Shown: positions 1-13,500 of the stretch, piece after piece
Position numbering within the stretch: the stretch's first letter is position 1
How the letters are laid out: each line of letters begins with the position of its first letter
NCBI GenBank assembly: GCA_000165425.1
Contig: CT868034.1
Span: 186,001 to 247,008, forward strand
From: Paramecium tetraurelia
Taxonomy: Eukaryota
Reading direction: 5' to 3'
Length of the DNA stretch: 61,008 nucleotides
Notes under the pieces: model-generated
Seen by the model: only the letters and a program-made list of their open reading frames with translations
Database searches by the model: none
Told to the model about the DNA's origin: nothing
Position numbers and translations under genes: made by a program

Positions 1-889
1 TTCTATTGAAAAGGAAAGTCTAAAGTAAAACTTTCGCATTATATAAATCCTCAATTAAATAGCGATAAATTATCAAAGATTTATTTTAACTTTGAACAAG
101 TGTAGCAGATAATGTTAGCAAATTCACTAAGGGCAATGTAATTATAATGGCTCAAATTTAATCAAAGTTAACTATGGGATGGGAATATTTTTTAATCATA
201 ATTATTTAGGAAAAGATGGGTTTTTTAAATAAGGTAAGGGGGAAAATTTTTGAAAGGAATTTATTATAAAAATGATTAAATGTTAGCTTTCCAGCAATTC
301 TTAATTTGATAGATTATTTAATCAAGTTACATTTTGTGGATTATTTTGTTAAGGTTAATAGTTGAGTTTAATCTATTGAGGATAATTCTCATCTGTGAAT
401 ATTTTGAAACTTACACTCTAAAACTGGGTATTATATTCAAATTGATTGCTCTGATATGGCAAAATAAAAATTTAGCTTAAGCAAAATGATATGATAAATC
501 ATGCACTTATGTTTTGGTATAACAAGAATGGTTTTATTTGAAAAGAGAAAAATATCCTGAAATATTAATGGAACGAATTATCAATAATACATTAATAAGT
601 ATTTTCAGAAGATTAAATTAACATGTGAACTAACAATCATCCTCTTCTATGAAAAAAACTTCAAATCTTAGTTAAAGTCTTAATTAAGATTTTCTTTTCT
701 TCAATATCAAATTCTTCTCTTTTGTAATAACATTATTATAGAGTTCAATAAGACTATACTCTTTATTAATAGATTAAAGAGTAAATAAAATAGGATAAAA
801 AACTTTCTTGATGAATTATTAATATAGATTTACTTTTATATATTATTTTTAATTTTTATGCTAAGACTGTAGGTTTATAATTTTTTTAA

Positions 890-1340
890 ATTAATTTTTC
901 ATTTTTTACTGAGATTTATACTTCCTATTGAACCGAAGAGTAAATAAGTAATTTATCTTCAGCTTTATTTTATAGAGCCTATTTTATGGTTGAGTTTCAG
1001 AAAAAAAGTAAGGATTATTTTAGTTCTAATGAAGTTGAATTATACATGATTACCTACTAGTAAATGTAATGTTAACTATGTAATTATGGATATAAATAAT
1101 ATAAGTGATGAAAACAATTAATTCATAATTTGTTTTTCGATACCTAAAACTTTAAGTAAATTTACTGAATATTAGATAAAATTCTTTTTAAATAGGTTAC
1201 TTTAAGCATTAAATAAATATTTACTAATTTTCATGGTTTTATATTGAACTTTTTTTAATTTGTTATTTATAAATTCTGTAAATAATCAACAATATTTTAA
1301 ATATATATTTATTTTTATAATGTGGTTATAAAGTAATTAA
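890..1340 (+). repeat. Diverged direct repeat, copy A (partner at ~9850-10500)
   Basis: Colinear blocks shared with 9850-10500. Examples: ttttttactgagattta / ttgttactgatattaa; tcagctttatt; gtgatgaaaa; tttaagcattaaataaatatt; tatatttatttttataatgtggt(t/c)ataaagtaatta. Copy A lacks about 200 bp that copy B has. Confidence 0.8.
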
Positions 1341-2451
1341 TATCATTTTAGTATATTATTTTTAATCAAATATAGATTAAAGAATGCAATAAATAATATT
1401 TGAGAGAAAAATAATTCCGCGGTATAGCCATTTATATTCGCAACCATCTAAAAAGAATAATGTTAAAACGAGGCAAAATATTTTTTGAATAGTTGAGCAA
1501 TCTTTGAAAATAAAAATGAGAATTATATTGTAAATACCCTTAAAATTTATTTGCATAAAGTTGTGCACACATAAAAAATCAGATAAGCAATTCTTTCAAG
1601 TGATAATTGATTTAATGCCAAATGTTATATTATCAATATTTATGAAATTAATTGCTATTTTAAGAATATTCTAGAAATTGTAAATTTTAAAGTTGCTCTA
1701 AGATTAGATAAATAAATGTATTGTATCTTGAATAACTTCGATCAGATTGAAATCTTGACTGAAAGAGAGCATTAGGATCAAATTTAAATTATTGTTGTAT
1801 TATATATATTAAAAATGTTGATACCCATTTCATTAGAAGTTAACCATAAAAGCATATTAAAAATTTCTATGCTATTAAATTCGCTTATTTATATTGTTTT
1901 GTTTTTATAGAACATTAATATAAATCAGACGAAAACGTGACTTTATCAAAGTACATATGTGAACTTGAAATCTTCAGAATGATGTTTAGGTAGTTGATGT
2001 CTTAATCTACCCTCAAATGCATAAGTTGCTCAAACTTAATATAAGAATTTCAAAATATATTAAATTTAAAGTGTTTCTTCTTTTAACTCTTCTCCTTAAT
2101 TTATTCCTTACTTATCCATATTCTACATTAGTGCAAGAAAATACGACTAATATTATGGATATTAAAGTAACATTTTTTCTCAAGATTGTAATTTGTAAAT
2201 GAGTATTCTCCTATAAAGTCAGTGCAAAGTAATGATTCAAAAATATTTACTTTTCGATTACCTATAATTTTAACTTCATATAGGTTATTTTTCTGCTTCT
2301 GAATGTTCCAGTCTGAGATTCTGATTCTATTCTAAAAAATAAATAAATTAATCATGACAATTAACTGAAAAAATAAATCTTCAATGAAATTTAAATAAAA
2401 AATAAAATGTATTATATTAAATAAAATAAATTATTATTATTTTTGTTTAAA

Positions 2452-2491
2452 TTAACTGGAATTTAAGAATAGTCTAATGATAATACTTTTA
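2452..2491 (+). promoter_or_regulatory. Conserved ~40-bp proximal upstream element of surface antigen gene 1
   Basis: TTAACTGGAATTTAAGAAtagtctAATGATAATACTTTtaATG. Nearly the same sequence precedes the ATG of gene 2 (23121-23160, minus strand), and similarity drops off further upstream. Confidence 0.6.
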
Positions 2492-5400
2492 ATGAATAAA
2501 TAATTCATAATATTTGCATTGTTGCTTACATTAGCAACTAGTCAAACCTATAGTCTAACATCGTGCACATGTGCATAATTGTTATCAGAAGGAGATTGTA
2601 TAAAAAATACCTAACTTGGCTGTTCATGGGATAGCACAAAGAAAACTTGTGCTGTTTCTACTACTCCAGTCACTCCAACAGTGTCTTATGCAGCATATTG
2701 TGATACATTTGCTGAGGCAGATTGTCCTAAAGCTAAGCCTTGTACTGATTGTGGTAACTATGCTGCCTGTGCCTGGGTTTCAGGAAAATGTACATTCTTC
2801 ACAGGATGCACAGCCTTTTCAAAAACAACAGATCCTGAATGTTAAGCAATAAGTAATAGATGTATTACAGATGGAACTCATTGTGTAGAAGTTGATGCTT
2901 GTAGCACATATAAGAAACAACTCCCTTGTGTAAAAAATACTGCAGGAAGTTTGTGCTATTGGGATACAACAAATAACACTTGTGTAGATGCTAATACCTG
3001 TGATAAATTACCAGCAAGTTTTGCTACAGATAAAGAATGCAGAGATGTCATATCAACTTGTACAACAAAGACTGGAGGTGGATGTGTTGATAGTGGAAAT
3101 AATTGCAGTGATTAAACATTAGAAATTCAATGTGTTTGGAATAAATTAAAGTCTACTGCATGTTATTGGGATGGAGCTGCATGTAAAGACAGAATTTGTG
3201 ATAATGCACCAACTACATTAACAACTGATGATACATGTAAGACATTTAGAACTGATGGAACATGTACAACAAAAGCCAATGGAGGATGTGTTACTAGAAC
3301 CACTTGTGCAGCTGCTACTATCTAAGCTGCTTTGTGTTAAAAATAGTTCAAATGGAGATTGTTATTGGACAGGAACTGCATGTGTTGATAAGACTTGTAC
3401 AAATGCACCAACTACTATGACAACCAATTCGGCTTGCGGTGGATTTGTAACAGGATGTATCACTAAATCAGGAGGAGGATGTGTTTCTAATGGTGCTTGC
3501 TCAGCAGCAAATGTTTAAGCCGCTTGTGTGAAAAATACTTCTGGTACTGATTGTATTTGGGATACAACATGCAAAGAAAAGACATGTGCTAATGCACCAA
3601 CAACAAATAATACTCATGAATTATGTACATCATACTTATCAACATGTACAGTTAAAGTGGGAGGTGGATGTTAACCAAGAACTTGTGCAAATGCTCCAAC
3701 AACAATAACAACAAATGATGCCTGTGAAGCATATTTACCAAATAATAATTGTATAACAAAGACTGGAGGTGGATGTGTAATAAATACTACATGTGCAGTA
3801 ATTACCTTAGAAGCTGCTTGTATAAAAAATTCTTCTGGAGCTACCTGTTTCTGGGATACTGCAAGTGTAGGATGTAAGGATAAAATTTGTGCTAATGCTC
3901 CATCAACTAATACTACTCATGATTTATGTGTTGCTTTTTTATCAACTTGTACAGTAAATTCAACTAATGCAGGTTGTGTTGATAAAACATGCAATAATTC
4001 ATTGGTATAAACTATTTGTGACAAAGATTTGAATGATAAAGCTTGCATTTGGAAAGGAAAATGTTATAAAAAAGAATGTGTGTTAGCTTCATCAACTACA
4101 GCAACTCATGCAGATTGTTAAACTTATCATAATAGTTGTACTTTGAGTAATACAGGTACTGGATGTGTTCCCTTACCCCTTAAATGTGAAGCTATTACAA
4201 TTGAAGCAGCTTGCAATATTAGATTATAAGTTACAAATGGAGTTAAATCCTACCCAGAATGTGGTTGGAATGGTTCATAGTGTATTGATAAAGCTTGTTC
4301 CACTGCTCCAAAAACAACAGCAACAACAGCTGATTGTGGAACTTACAAAACCAATTGTGTAGCTAATAATCCAGTTAATGGATCAATTGCAGGATGTTAA
4401 GATTTACCAACAACATGTGCAGCTAGAAAATCAACTGAAAATTGTGAAATCACAAGAGTTGGATTCCCAACATGCTTATGGAATACTACTACATTAGCAT
4501 GTGTTGAGAAATCTTGTTCAACTGCTAGTTAAACAGGAACACCAGGTGTACTAACAGCAGGATAATTTACATTGAATGGTTGTTCAGGATATCTTCCTAG
4601 TTGTATTTCCAACAATGCTTAAGACGGGTGCATAGCTAAACCCTCTACTTGCTCAGGTTTAGTTTAGTAAAATTGTTCAACAGGGTCAAAAGTAAATGGA
4701 GATTGTTATTGGAACACAACTACCAATGCCTGCGTTGATAGAACTTGCACAAATATGCCATTAACCTCTCATGCAGCCTGCTAAGTATTGAATACTTGTA
4801 CAGTCAATAATGCTAAAACAGCTTGTTAACCTTTAGCAGCAGCTTGTAGTTCATATGGTTTAGCTGATAATTGTGTAATAAACTCTAACAGAAAAAAATG
4901 CATATGGACTGGATCAGCTTGTAGAAATGCAACTTGTTTAGATGCATCAAATACAGATTCTTTTGATGATGATAGTGAATGTTCAGGTTATGCTACACCA
5001 ACTGAAACTTGTACAGTTTTATACAAAACTAGTGGAGCAGGTTGTGTAGCAAGATCAGCTAATTGCAGCGACTATGTATCATAAGCTTAATGTGTTAAAA
5101 CTTTTGGAGCCAGTACCAATGACTGTACATGGAATTCAGAGTATGCCAAATGCTTTTCTAGTACATATAACTAGGCTGCATGCTCAACTTATAAAGGAAC
5201 AAAAGCTTAATGTGAATCCATAAGAGCAGGTTGTACTAATGATGCGGCTGCAGTCGAAACAGATGCTTGCACATTTTCTTGTGCTAAAATAGCTTCTTTA
5301 TCAAGTCCAAATAATACTCATACATATTGTTAAGGATAAAGTACTACTTGTACGATAAATTCTGGTGGAACTGCATGTGTTGCATTGTCAGCAACTTGCG

Positions 5401-8400
5401 GGGGTTATACAGCTTCAGGTGATTGTGTAAGAAAAACTGATGGTTCAAGATGCTTTTGGGTAGCTGCTTCAACTACTTGCGGCGATTTTGCCGTCGGAAA
5501 TTGTGCTTCTGTTACAGGATTAACAGGTGCAACCCATGCCACTTGCTAAGTTTATCACACTGGTTGTACTGTTAATGCTGATGGAACTGCATGCCAAGAA
5601 TAAAAAGCAACTTGTGCGGGTTATACAACCAGTGCTACTTGTTCAATAAAAACTGATGGTTCAAGATGCTTTTGGGTAACTGCTTCAACTACTTGTGGCG
5701 ATTTTGCCGTCACAAATTGTGCTTCTGTTACAGGATTAACAGATGCAACCCATGCCACTTGCTAAGTTTATCACACTGGTTGTACTGTTAATGCTGATGG
5801 AACTGCATGCCAAGAATCAAAAGCAACTTGTGCGGGTTATACAACCAGTGCTACTTGTTCAATAAAAACTGATGGCTCAAGATGCTATTGGGATGATAGT
5901 GTGGGTGGTAGTGAAGTCTGTATAGATTTTGCTGCCACACATTGTGCTTCTGTTACAGGATTGACTGGTGCAACTAAGGCCACTTGTTAAGCATATCACA
6001 CTAGTTGTTTTGCTAATGTTGGTGGAACTGAATGCTTTTAATTTACTACTTGTGAAGCAATTACAGGTGCAAACACAACTTGGGCTATTTGTTAAGGTTA
6101 TAGTACTACATGTAGTGTGAAGAGAGATGGAAGTGGCTGTGTAACAATTCAAGCTACATGTTCAGGATACGGATCAACAGTAGCCAATTGTTATAGATCT
6201 ACAGCAGGACTCTGTATTACAAATAGTGGTGATAATAGCTGTGTTGCCTTAACATAAGCAACAAATTGTGATGCTTTGTATTTAGGAAGTGGCAATTATT
6301 CTCATAGCAAATGTAATTCATTTAAGGATAGTTGCACTAATTTAAGCACCACAGGATGTTAAACCAAGACATGTGCTAATAAAGCATCAACATTTACTCA
6401 TACAGATTGTAACGCTTGGTTGCCTACATGTACTGTAAATGGAGCAGGAAGTGCTTGCATAACTATGCCAGCCACATGTGCCAGTTAAACATCAGCATCA
6501 TGCATTAGGGCAGTAGAAGGCGAATGCGTTGTCTCAGGAACAGCTTGCGTTAGAAAAACCTGTGACACAGCTTCCCCAGCTGCAAGTTTTAATACTGATA
6601 CTCTATGTTCAAATTATCTATCTACATGCACTGTTGCAAGAATAGGAGGTTGTTAAGTAAGAGCCGCTTGTTCTACATATAAATCAAGTTAATAATGTAA
6701 ATTCAATACAAGTGGAGGTAGATGTTTCTGGAATCCAACCAATCTGAATTGTGTTGACTTTAGTTGTGGCAATATTGAAGCTACATCCTCATATGATTCT
6801 CATGCTAAATGTATAGCAGTTGATTCAACATGCACAGTTAGAGCTGCAAATGGAGCTGCTGTTGCTGGTTGTATGGCTAAAGGAGCCTGCAGTGCCTACT
6901 CAATAGAAGATTAATGCAAAACTAATGCAAGTGCAGGTGTCTGTGTTTGGAATACTAATTTAACTACACCAGTATGCTAAGATAAATCATGCACAACTGC
7001 TCCAACTGCAACAGCAACACATACTGATTGTGATGCCTACTTCTCCACAGCTACTATTAAATGCACAGTAGTTGCTACACCAGATACAAATGGTGGTGCA
7101 CCAGTTCTAGGAGGTTGCCAATAAACAGCAGCTTGTTCTACTTATATTCATTAAGAAATAATGTAAATTCAATGCTACAGGAGATCCTTGTGGATGGAAT
7201 GGTACTTAATGGTGCAGATAAATCCATGTGCTACTGCTCCTGCAACTGCTGATTATGGATGATAATGGATAAATGTAGAAGCTTACTTTAATAATAAATG
7301 GTACAGTTGCATCCTACAGGAAATAAGGATGTGTTGATATACCAGATACATGTGAAACTATGACTGAAAAATAATGTGTTACTGATAAGACTGCCAGATC
7401 ATGCTATTGGAATGGAACTGCTTGTATCTACAAGATCTTGTGAAAATGCTCCAGAAGCAACATCCTCAGCCGAAGATTGTAATACTTATCTTTCAGGATG
7501 TACTTCAGATTCAGTAAAATGTAAGACTAAGGTTTGTGAAGATTTTGCTTTTGCCACTGATGCTCTCTGCAAATCAGCTTTAAGCACATGTACAACAAAT
7601 GGAACAAATTGTGTTACAAGAGGAACATGCTTCTAAGCTTAAAGCCAAGCAGGTTGTGTTACCTCAGTAACTAATCAATAATGTGAATGGATGCCAGTTG
7701 TTGGTACAAATCCAGCTTATTGTACAATAAAGACTTGTAATACTGCCCCAGTTACTTTAACTTCTGAAGCAGCCTGTGCAGGTTACTTCACAAATTGTAC
7801 AACAAAGAATGGTGGTGGATGTGTTACTAAGTCTACTTGTGCAGCTGTTACTATTGATGCTGCTTGTACTACTGCCCTTAATGGAACTGTTTGTGCTTGG
7901 GATAGTGCATAAAGTAAATGCAGAGACAAAGATTGTTAAGATTTCAGTGGAACTACTCATGCCGCATGCTAAACCTAAAGAGCTGGATGTACTGCTGGTG
8001 CCAATGGAAAATGTGCTAGAGTCTAAAATTGTGAATAAACTACTATCAGAAGTGCTTGTATTGAAGGAACTAATGGACCATGTTTATGGATTAATGATTA
8101 TGTTAATACTGATGGATCAAAAGGAGCTTGTTTCAGATATACATCATGTAAGAGTTTGAATTGGAATTCAGATACATCATGTAAATGGATTAGTAATTAA
8201 TGTACAACTAATGGATCTAATTGTGTTGGAATTACCTTATGTTCTGAAACTAATACTGATGGTGGATGTGTTACAGGATATGATGGAGCTTGTATTTAAT
8301 CAGTTCCAGCCTTGAATTCTTCAGATCCAAAGGCTATGCAAACCATATACATCTTGTGCTGATGCTTTCTACACAACTCATTCAGATTGTTAAATTGCTA

Positions 8401-9448
8401 GTAAGAAGTGTACAACAAATGGAACAACTGGTTGCATCGCTTTAAGTGCTTGCTCATCTTATACTACATAAGCAGGATGCTATTTCAATGATAAAGGAGT
8501 TCTTTTAACATCTGGAGCCATTACTTCAACTGGTATTTGTACTTGGGATACCACTGCTAGTAGTTGCAGAGATTAATCATGTGCTGATTTGACTGGAACA
8601 ACTCATGCTACATGTTCATCATAATTATCAACATGTACATCAGATGGAACTACATGTTTAATTAAAGGAGCATGTTCATCATACACTACTTAAACTGCTT
8701 GTACAACAGCTGTTGGATCTGATGGTATTTGTTATTGGGAACTTGCATCTGCTACAAATAATAACACTGCTAAATGTAGATTAATGACTTGTGCTGATAT
8801 TCAAAATGGTACATCCACAAATGTTTGTTCAGTTGCTTTATCATCATGTGTATCAAATGGAACTGCATGCATTTCAAAAGCTAACTGCTCAACATATACA
8901 ACTAAGACAGCATGTAATTCAGGTGGATTAGATGGTATTTGTGTATTCACTTAATCAACTGCTACTGGAGCTGCTGCTGGTACTGGAACTTGTGCTTTAA
9001 TGACAGCATGTACAATAGCTAATAATGATTAACTTGCTTGTTAAGCTGCTAAGGATAGATGTTCATGGACTGCAGCATCAGGAACTGGAACAACAGCAGT
9101 TGCTAGTAAATGTGCCACTCATACTTGTGCTACAAACTAAGCCACAAATGGTGCTTGCACAAGATTCTTGAATTGGGATAAAAAGACTTAATAAATTTGT
9201 ACTCTTGTTAGTGGAACATGTACAGCCACAGACCCATCAACTTTATCATTAAATGATTGTTTCTTGGTTTCTGGATACACATATACATGGAATGCATCTA
9301 CTAGCAAGTGCGGAGTCTGCACTGCTGTTGTTGTTTAACCAAATAAATACAGATAATAATACAAACAATACAAATAATGAAACAACAACTGATTCAGGAT
9401 ATATTCTAGGATTATCAACTATCGTTTTTTGGATATCTCATGTTCTGA
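2492..9448 (+). CDS. Variable surface antigen (immobilization antigen), Paramecium 51A/51B/156G family, ~2310 aa, GPI-anchored; contains apparent single-base insertions
   Basis: With code 6 it starts MNKQFIIFALLLTLATSQTYSLTSCTCAQLLSEGDC...CPKAKPCTDCGNYAACAW. It has periodic Cys/Thr/Ala-rich units with CxW motifs and ends with a GPI-type tail DSGYILGLSTIVFGYLMF-TGA. No introns seen. Removing 15 inserted bases, identified by comparison with gene 2, gives a 6942-nt open frame. Confidence 0.95.
5390..5990 (+). repeat. Intragenic tandem repeat, 216-bp (72-aa) period, ~2.7 copies, in surface antigen 1
   Basis: actgatgg(t/c)tcaagatgct recurs at 5436, 5652 and 5868, and the units in between are near-identical. 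Confidence 0.9.
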
Positions 9449-9849
9449 TGAAATGATTTAATAAATTTATATAGGGAAAATATTATATTAATTTACAAAA
9501 TTCTAATTTTTTAAAATGAAAAATAAACCCTCAATTATATAAATAATATATAGTTAATTAACACACTAAGAAATATCAATTGTAAAAATCTTCATATATA
9601 AAATGAGAATATTTGTTAATTCATTGATTATCTTAAATCTAATCAACAAGCGTCTTTCAGAATACTCTAGTTACTCATTAAAACAGAAAAATATAATCTG
9701 ATCTAATTCATTTAATTAATTAAATTGAGGGTAAATTGTGGAAGTTAACTATGAAGAATGAAATTAAAGAAATTATATAAGTATTATCAAAATAAACTAA
9801 CGAAGAATTGAATAATTTTAGCAATGACTATAAGTTAATACTGCTTATA

Positions 9850-10500
9850 CTAAATTTTTCTTTTGTTACTGATATTAAAGATTCTTATGGTACCAAGGAA
9901 TAAATAATATATTTACCCTCAGCTTTATTGTTCATATCATCAATTTTAAAGTAGAATTTCATTAAAATAGTAGGATCAATCGAGTCCTATCGAGAGTTTA
10001 ATATATTTAAATTTGATTTATTGAATTCTTGAGGTTGTCACTTTTTAAAATAAAACCTAACATTATCAAAAACATGAATTTATGTTCAATGTTATGGGTC
10101 TTATTATATTTAATTGTTACAACTAATTAATTTAAGAAAATATATCTTTAATCCGAATCATTATAAGTATTTACTTTGAAAATGAATAAAATAGTGTTAC
10201 CTCGTAATAACTTTGATTTTTATTCTGTAATTATGATATTTAGTGATACAAATGACATATGTGATGAAAAAGAAATAATTCACTCTCCATTTATGAATAC
10301 CTAAACAATTTAAGTAAATTTTTATTAATATTAGAGAACCTTCTTTTAAATAGGTTTCTTTAAGCATTAAATAAATATTCCCTAATTTTTCCTCTTTTAA
10401 TATTAAACTTTTTTTGAAAACTGTTATTTATAAATATTGTATACAATCATCTAAAGTTTTAAATATATTTATTTTTATAATGTGGTCATAAAGTAATTAT
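9850..10500 (+). repeat. Diverged direct repeat, copy B; probably a decayed gene
   Basis: Matches 890-1340 in the same orientation. Translation is broken by TGA stops. There is only a faint E2/UBC-like stretch (IVGSIESYREFNIFKFDL). Confidence 0.75.
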
Positions 10501-13500
10501 TATTAGAAAAATAAAACCAATTAAATTAAATATCTCATTATTTTTGTACTCAGAATTATATGCTAAAGTTGAATTTTATAATAAAATACATTTTAATTGT
10601 AATTTATTAGTATTATTTTAAAAATATCTAAAATTTCATAAATAAATGTAACTTTTTTCCGTTTAGAAATTTAATCTAGATCATTAGATATATTTTTTAT
10701 TCCTACAAAACATTTCCATATCTGACCCTTTAGAAACTAACTCTATTAAAGAAGAAAAAAATTTACAGATAATAAGAAAATCATAGGAGGAAAACAATAC
10801 TTCTTTTTTAATTATACTTCAAGTATTCATTACTAAGGTAAATAAAAAATGACTTTATATTTATATTATTAAGTGATATGTGAACATCTATTTTAATTTG
10901 GATGATCTTAAACTTTATTAACTCAATCTTATAACTGAAGAATTTCTGCTGTTCATAAATGATTATTATTTTTACTTTTTGTTTCTTCTATATGATTTAT
11001 TACCATCAATTTTTCTATAAATTTAAAGCAATCGCAACACCCGTTAATGTTTAAAGAAAATTAATCTACAATTTCTTTTCTGACCGCCAATCTTATTCAA
11101 TCTTAAAAAAAAGAAAATCTTAGTGAAGTATTTTAATAACTATCCCAAAAGTTTTAATCTAATCTAATTCTAAAACAGCTATTCAAAACTGTATCTAATT
11201 TATCATCGAAATTTATTTTTGATGATTATTTTTCAGGCAGTATTATTTTGAATATTGGATAATTTAATAAGTTACATAAAATACTTATACAATCAAGACT
11301 TATTGTCCAAAGGACTGGTTTAACTGTGTTATAAGTTTATAATTTAATTAAATTTGAATATAAAATAAATATTACTTAAAATGGATTTGTTCCTTAAATA
11401 TCAAGTTAATTATAAATAATTATCTCTACATAAAAACATTAAAAGGAAGCATAGCCTTAATGAAATTTAACAACTAAAAAAATATTAATCAAATCAGATG
11501 TAGGAATTTCAAGCAAATCACTAAAAGGCTGGTTTATTCCAATTTTGAAAATTAATTCTGGACAATCCTAAAAGCATGCCTAATTTAAATGTTAAAATGT
11601 GAAAAAGGGACTAATCTTAAGAATGAAAGTTGCAATCTTTTAATAAGGACTACATGTATTCAATAAATGATGTTTTTTGTATTCATAATTATTACATTTT
11701 CTTTCGATCCAAACCATAGATTATTTTTTCTCTCAATCTTTTTGTGCTTCTTTTTTTAACAAAAGCTACCTCTCTAACTTTATGTAATAATATTTATCTT
11801 TTTTTGGAACACAGAAAATCTTTTAACTATACCTTTTTTGCATTAAGTTAAATCAAGAGAATTGATTTCCTATTATTTATGTCATTACTTTACTCCATTT
11901 ACTCCTACGTGAACTGTTTTAAATGAATTTTTAAGTGCTATATTTCTTAAGTAAATTTGAATCAATTTCGATTGATAACAGAACATTGACTGCCCATCAT
12001 TTATCAGGTTATTGTTTTTCATCTATGCCCCAACTTTGATTTTATTTCAATTAGACTTTCATCAACAAAATATAAAAACTTATATATTCACTGTTTTCAA
12101 AAGCACACCAATTTAATATTTTCTGTTTCTGGTACATAGTATTCATCGAATAAAACCTTCAATAAATAGTTTGATGATATGATTGATGAAGTAATTTTAG
12201 GCAAATATTTACATTAAATTTAGAGACCAATATAAGCTTACTCAATAGAGGGAATAACCGATTAGCATTTACCCTAGATAACTTCCTCAGCAATTTATTA
12301 ATTCATAATATTTAAATAGCAAATATGTTAGATAACAAATTATATTATATATAAATTTAGTTTTGATTTAATGAAACCAAGTAAAAATATTTTCGCTTTC
12401 CAAAGGCAGCTTCTAATTTTAACAGTTCATAATTCTTAGCTAATGTTCTATGTAATAATTAAAATTTTAAAAATATATTATTTAATTTAATTTTGTAAGA
12501 ATGGTATTCCATATATTTTTAGGCGTATCTAGTTATCCTAAGCCGAAAAAGTGACCTTTTTACAAAAATCATTTATGTATTTTTATGTTCTCGGCATGCT
12601 CTTTTTTTTTAAGAGCTTCTTCCGTCTTACTCTTTACCCTATTTAATTCTGGCTAGTATCAATTCGGTATTACTTTTCCAATGCTACATTTTAGCAATAG
12701 ATCGCAGGAAATTACTGAAGATGTTAGTTCAGGCAGAGTAGTTTTTCAAGATAAGGGCATTGTACGTGGATTCCACATATCCAACTATCTAATTGGCCTC
12801 CAGCAAAGAAAATGTCTTCTAAAAAATAAATTAATAATCTAATTTTTTACTCAAGTTAATATAAATTCGGCTTAATGTTGTTTCGCCCTCAACCCAGAAA
12901 GGCCAATGAATTATTCAACATAAATTATTTTTTAATTCAGACCCATAATTGCATACTCAAAGTAGTCCTTAAATGTATTTTATCTCAAAGCCTTTAGATT
13001 CTATTTGATATGCTTGAAATTTTTATATGTTATTATAATATATACTATTTTTATCCATTTACGCCTTAAATTCCAATTCTACACAGATTTTATAATGATC
13101 AGACACCTCAGTAAATAAAGTGATTTATGATCGTCTGATTTAGAAAAAGTAGAACGTCATCTGTAAATTATGTATCCTTTCATTCTACCAAACTTTTGTA
13201 AGTGATATCAATATATTTAATAGAATTTTTAAATTTTGAACATTAGCTTTCTTCTAGTTAAAATCTCTATTTATTGTCCTAACCCTTTTTATCCGATCAA
13301 TCAACATTTATTCCTATTTTCTCATATTATACTTATAAAGTTTAGTCCTATTAAAATCTAGATTTATTATGATTAAAAAACAACACCAATTTCGTCACAT
13401 CAACTTCATTATTAAACGTATTTAACTTTTCAGTTACTTCATTTCATTCAACCCCTTTCTTTTACTTCATATTATTATTCAATTTAGAATATATATCTTT

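Noticed and set aside
1..650. Possible decayed MORN-like gene (QVTFCGLFCQG, YNKNG...WNELS)
   Set aside because: The motifs are too short and frame-broken to support a call.
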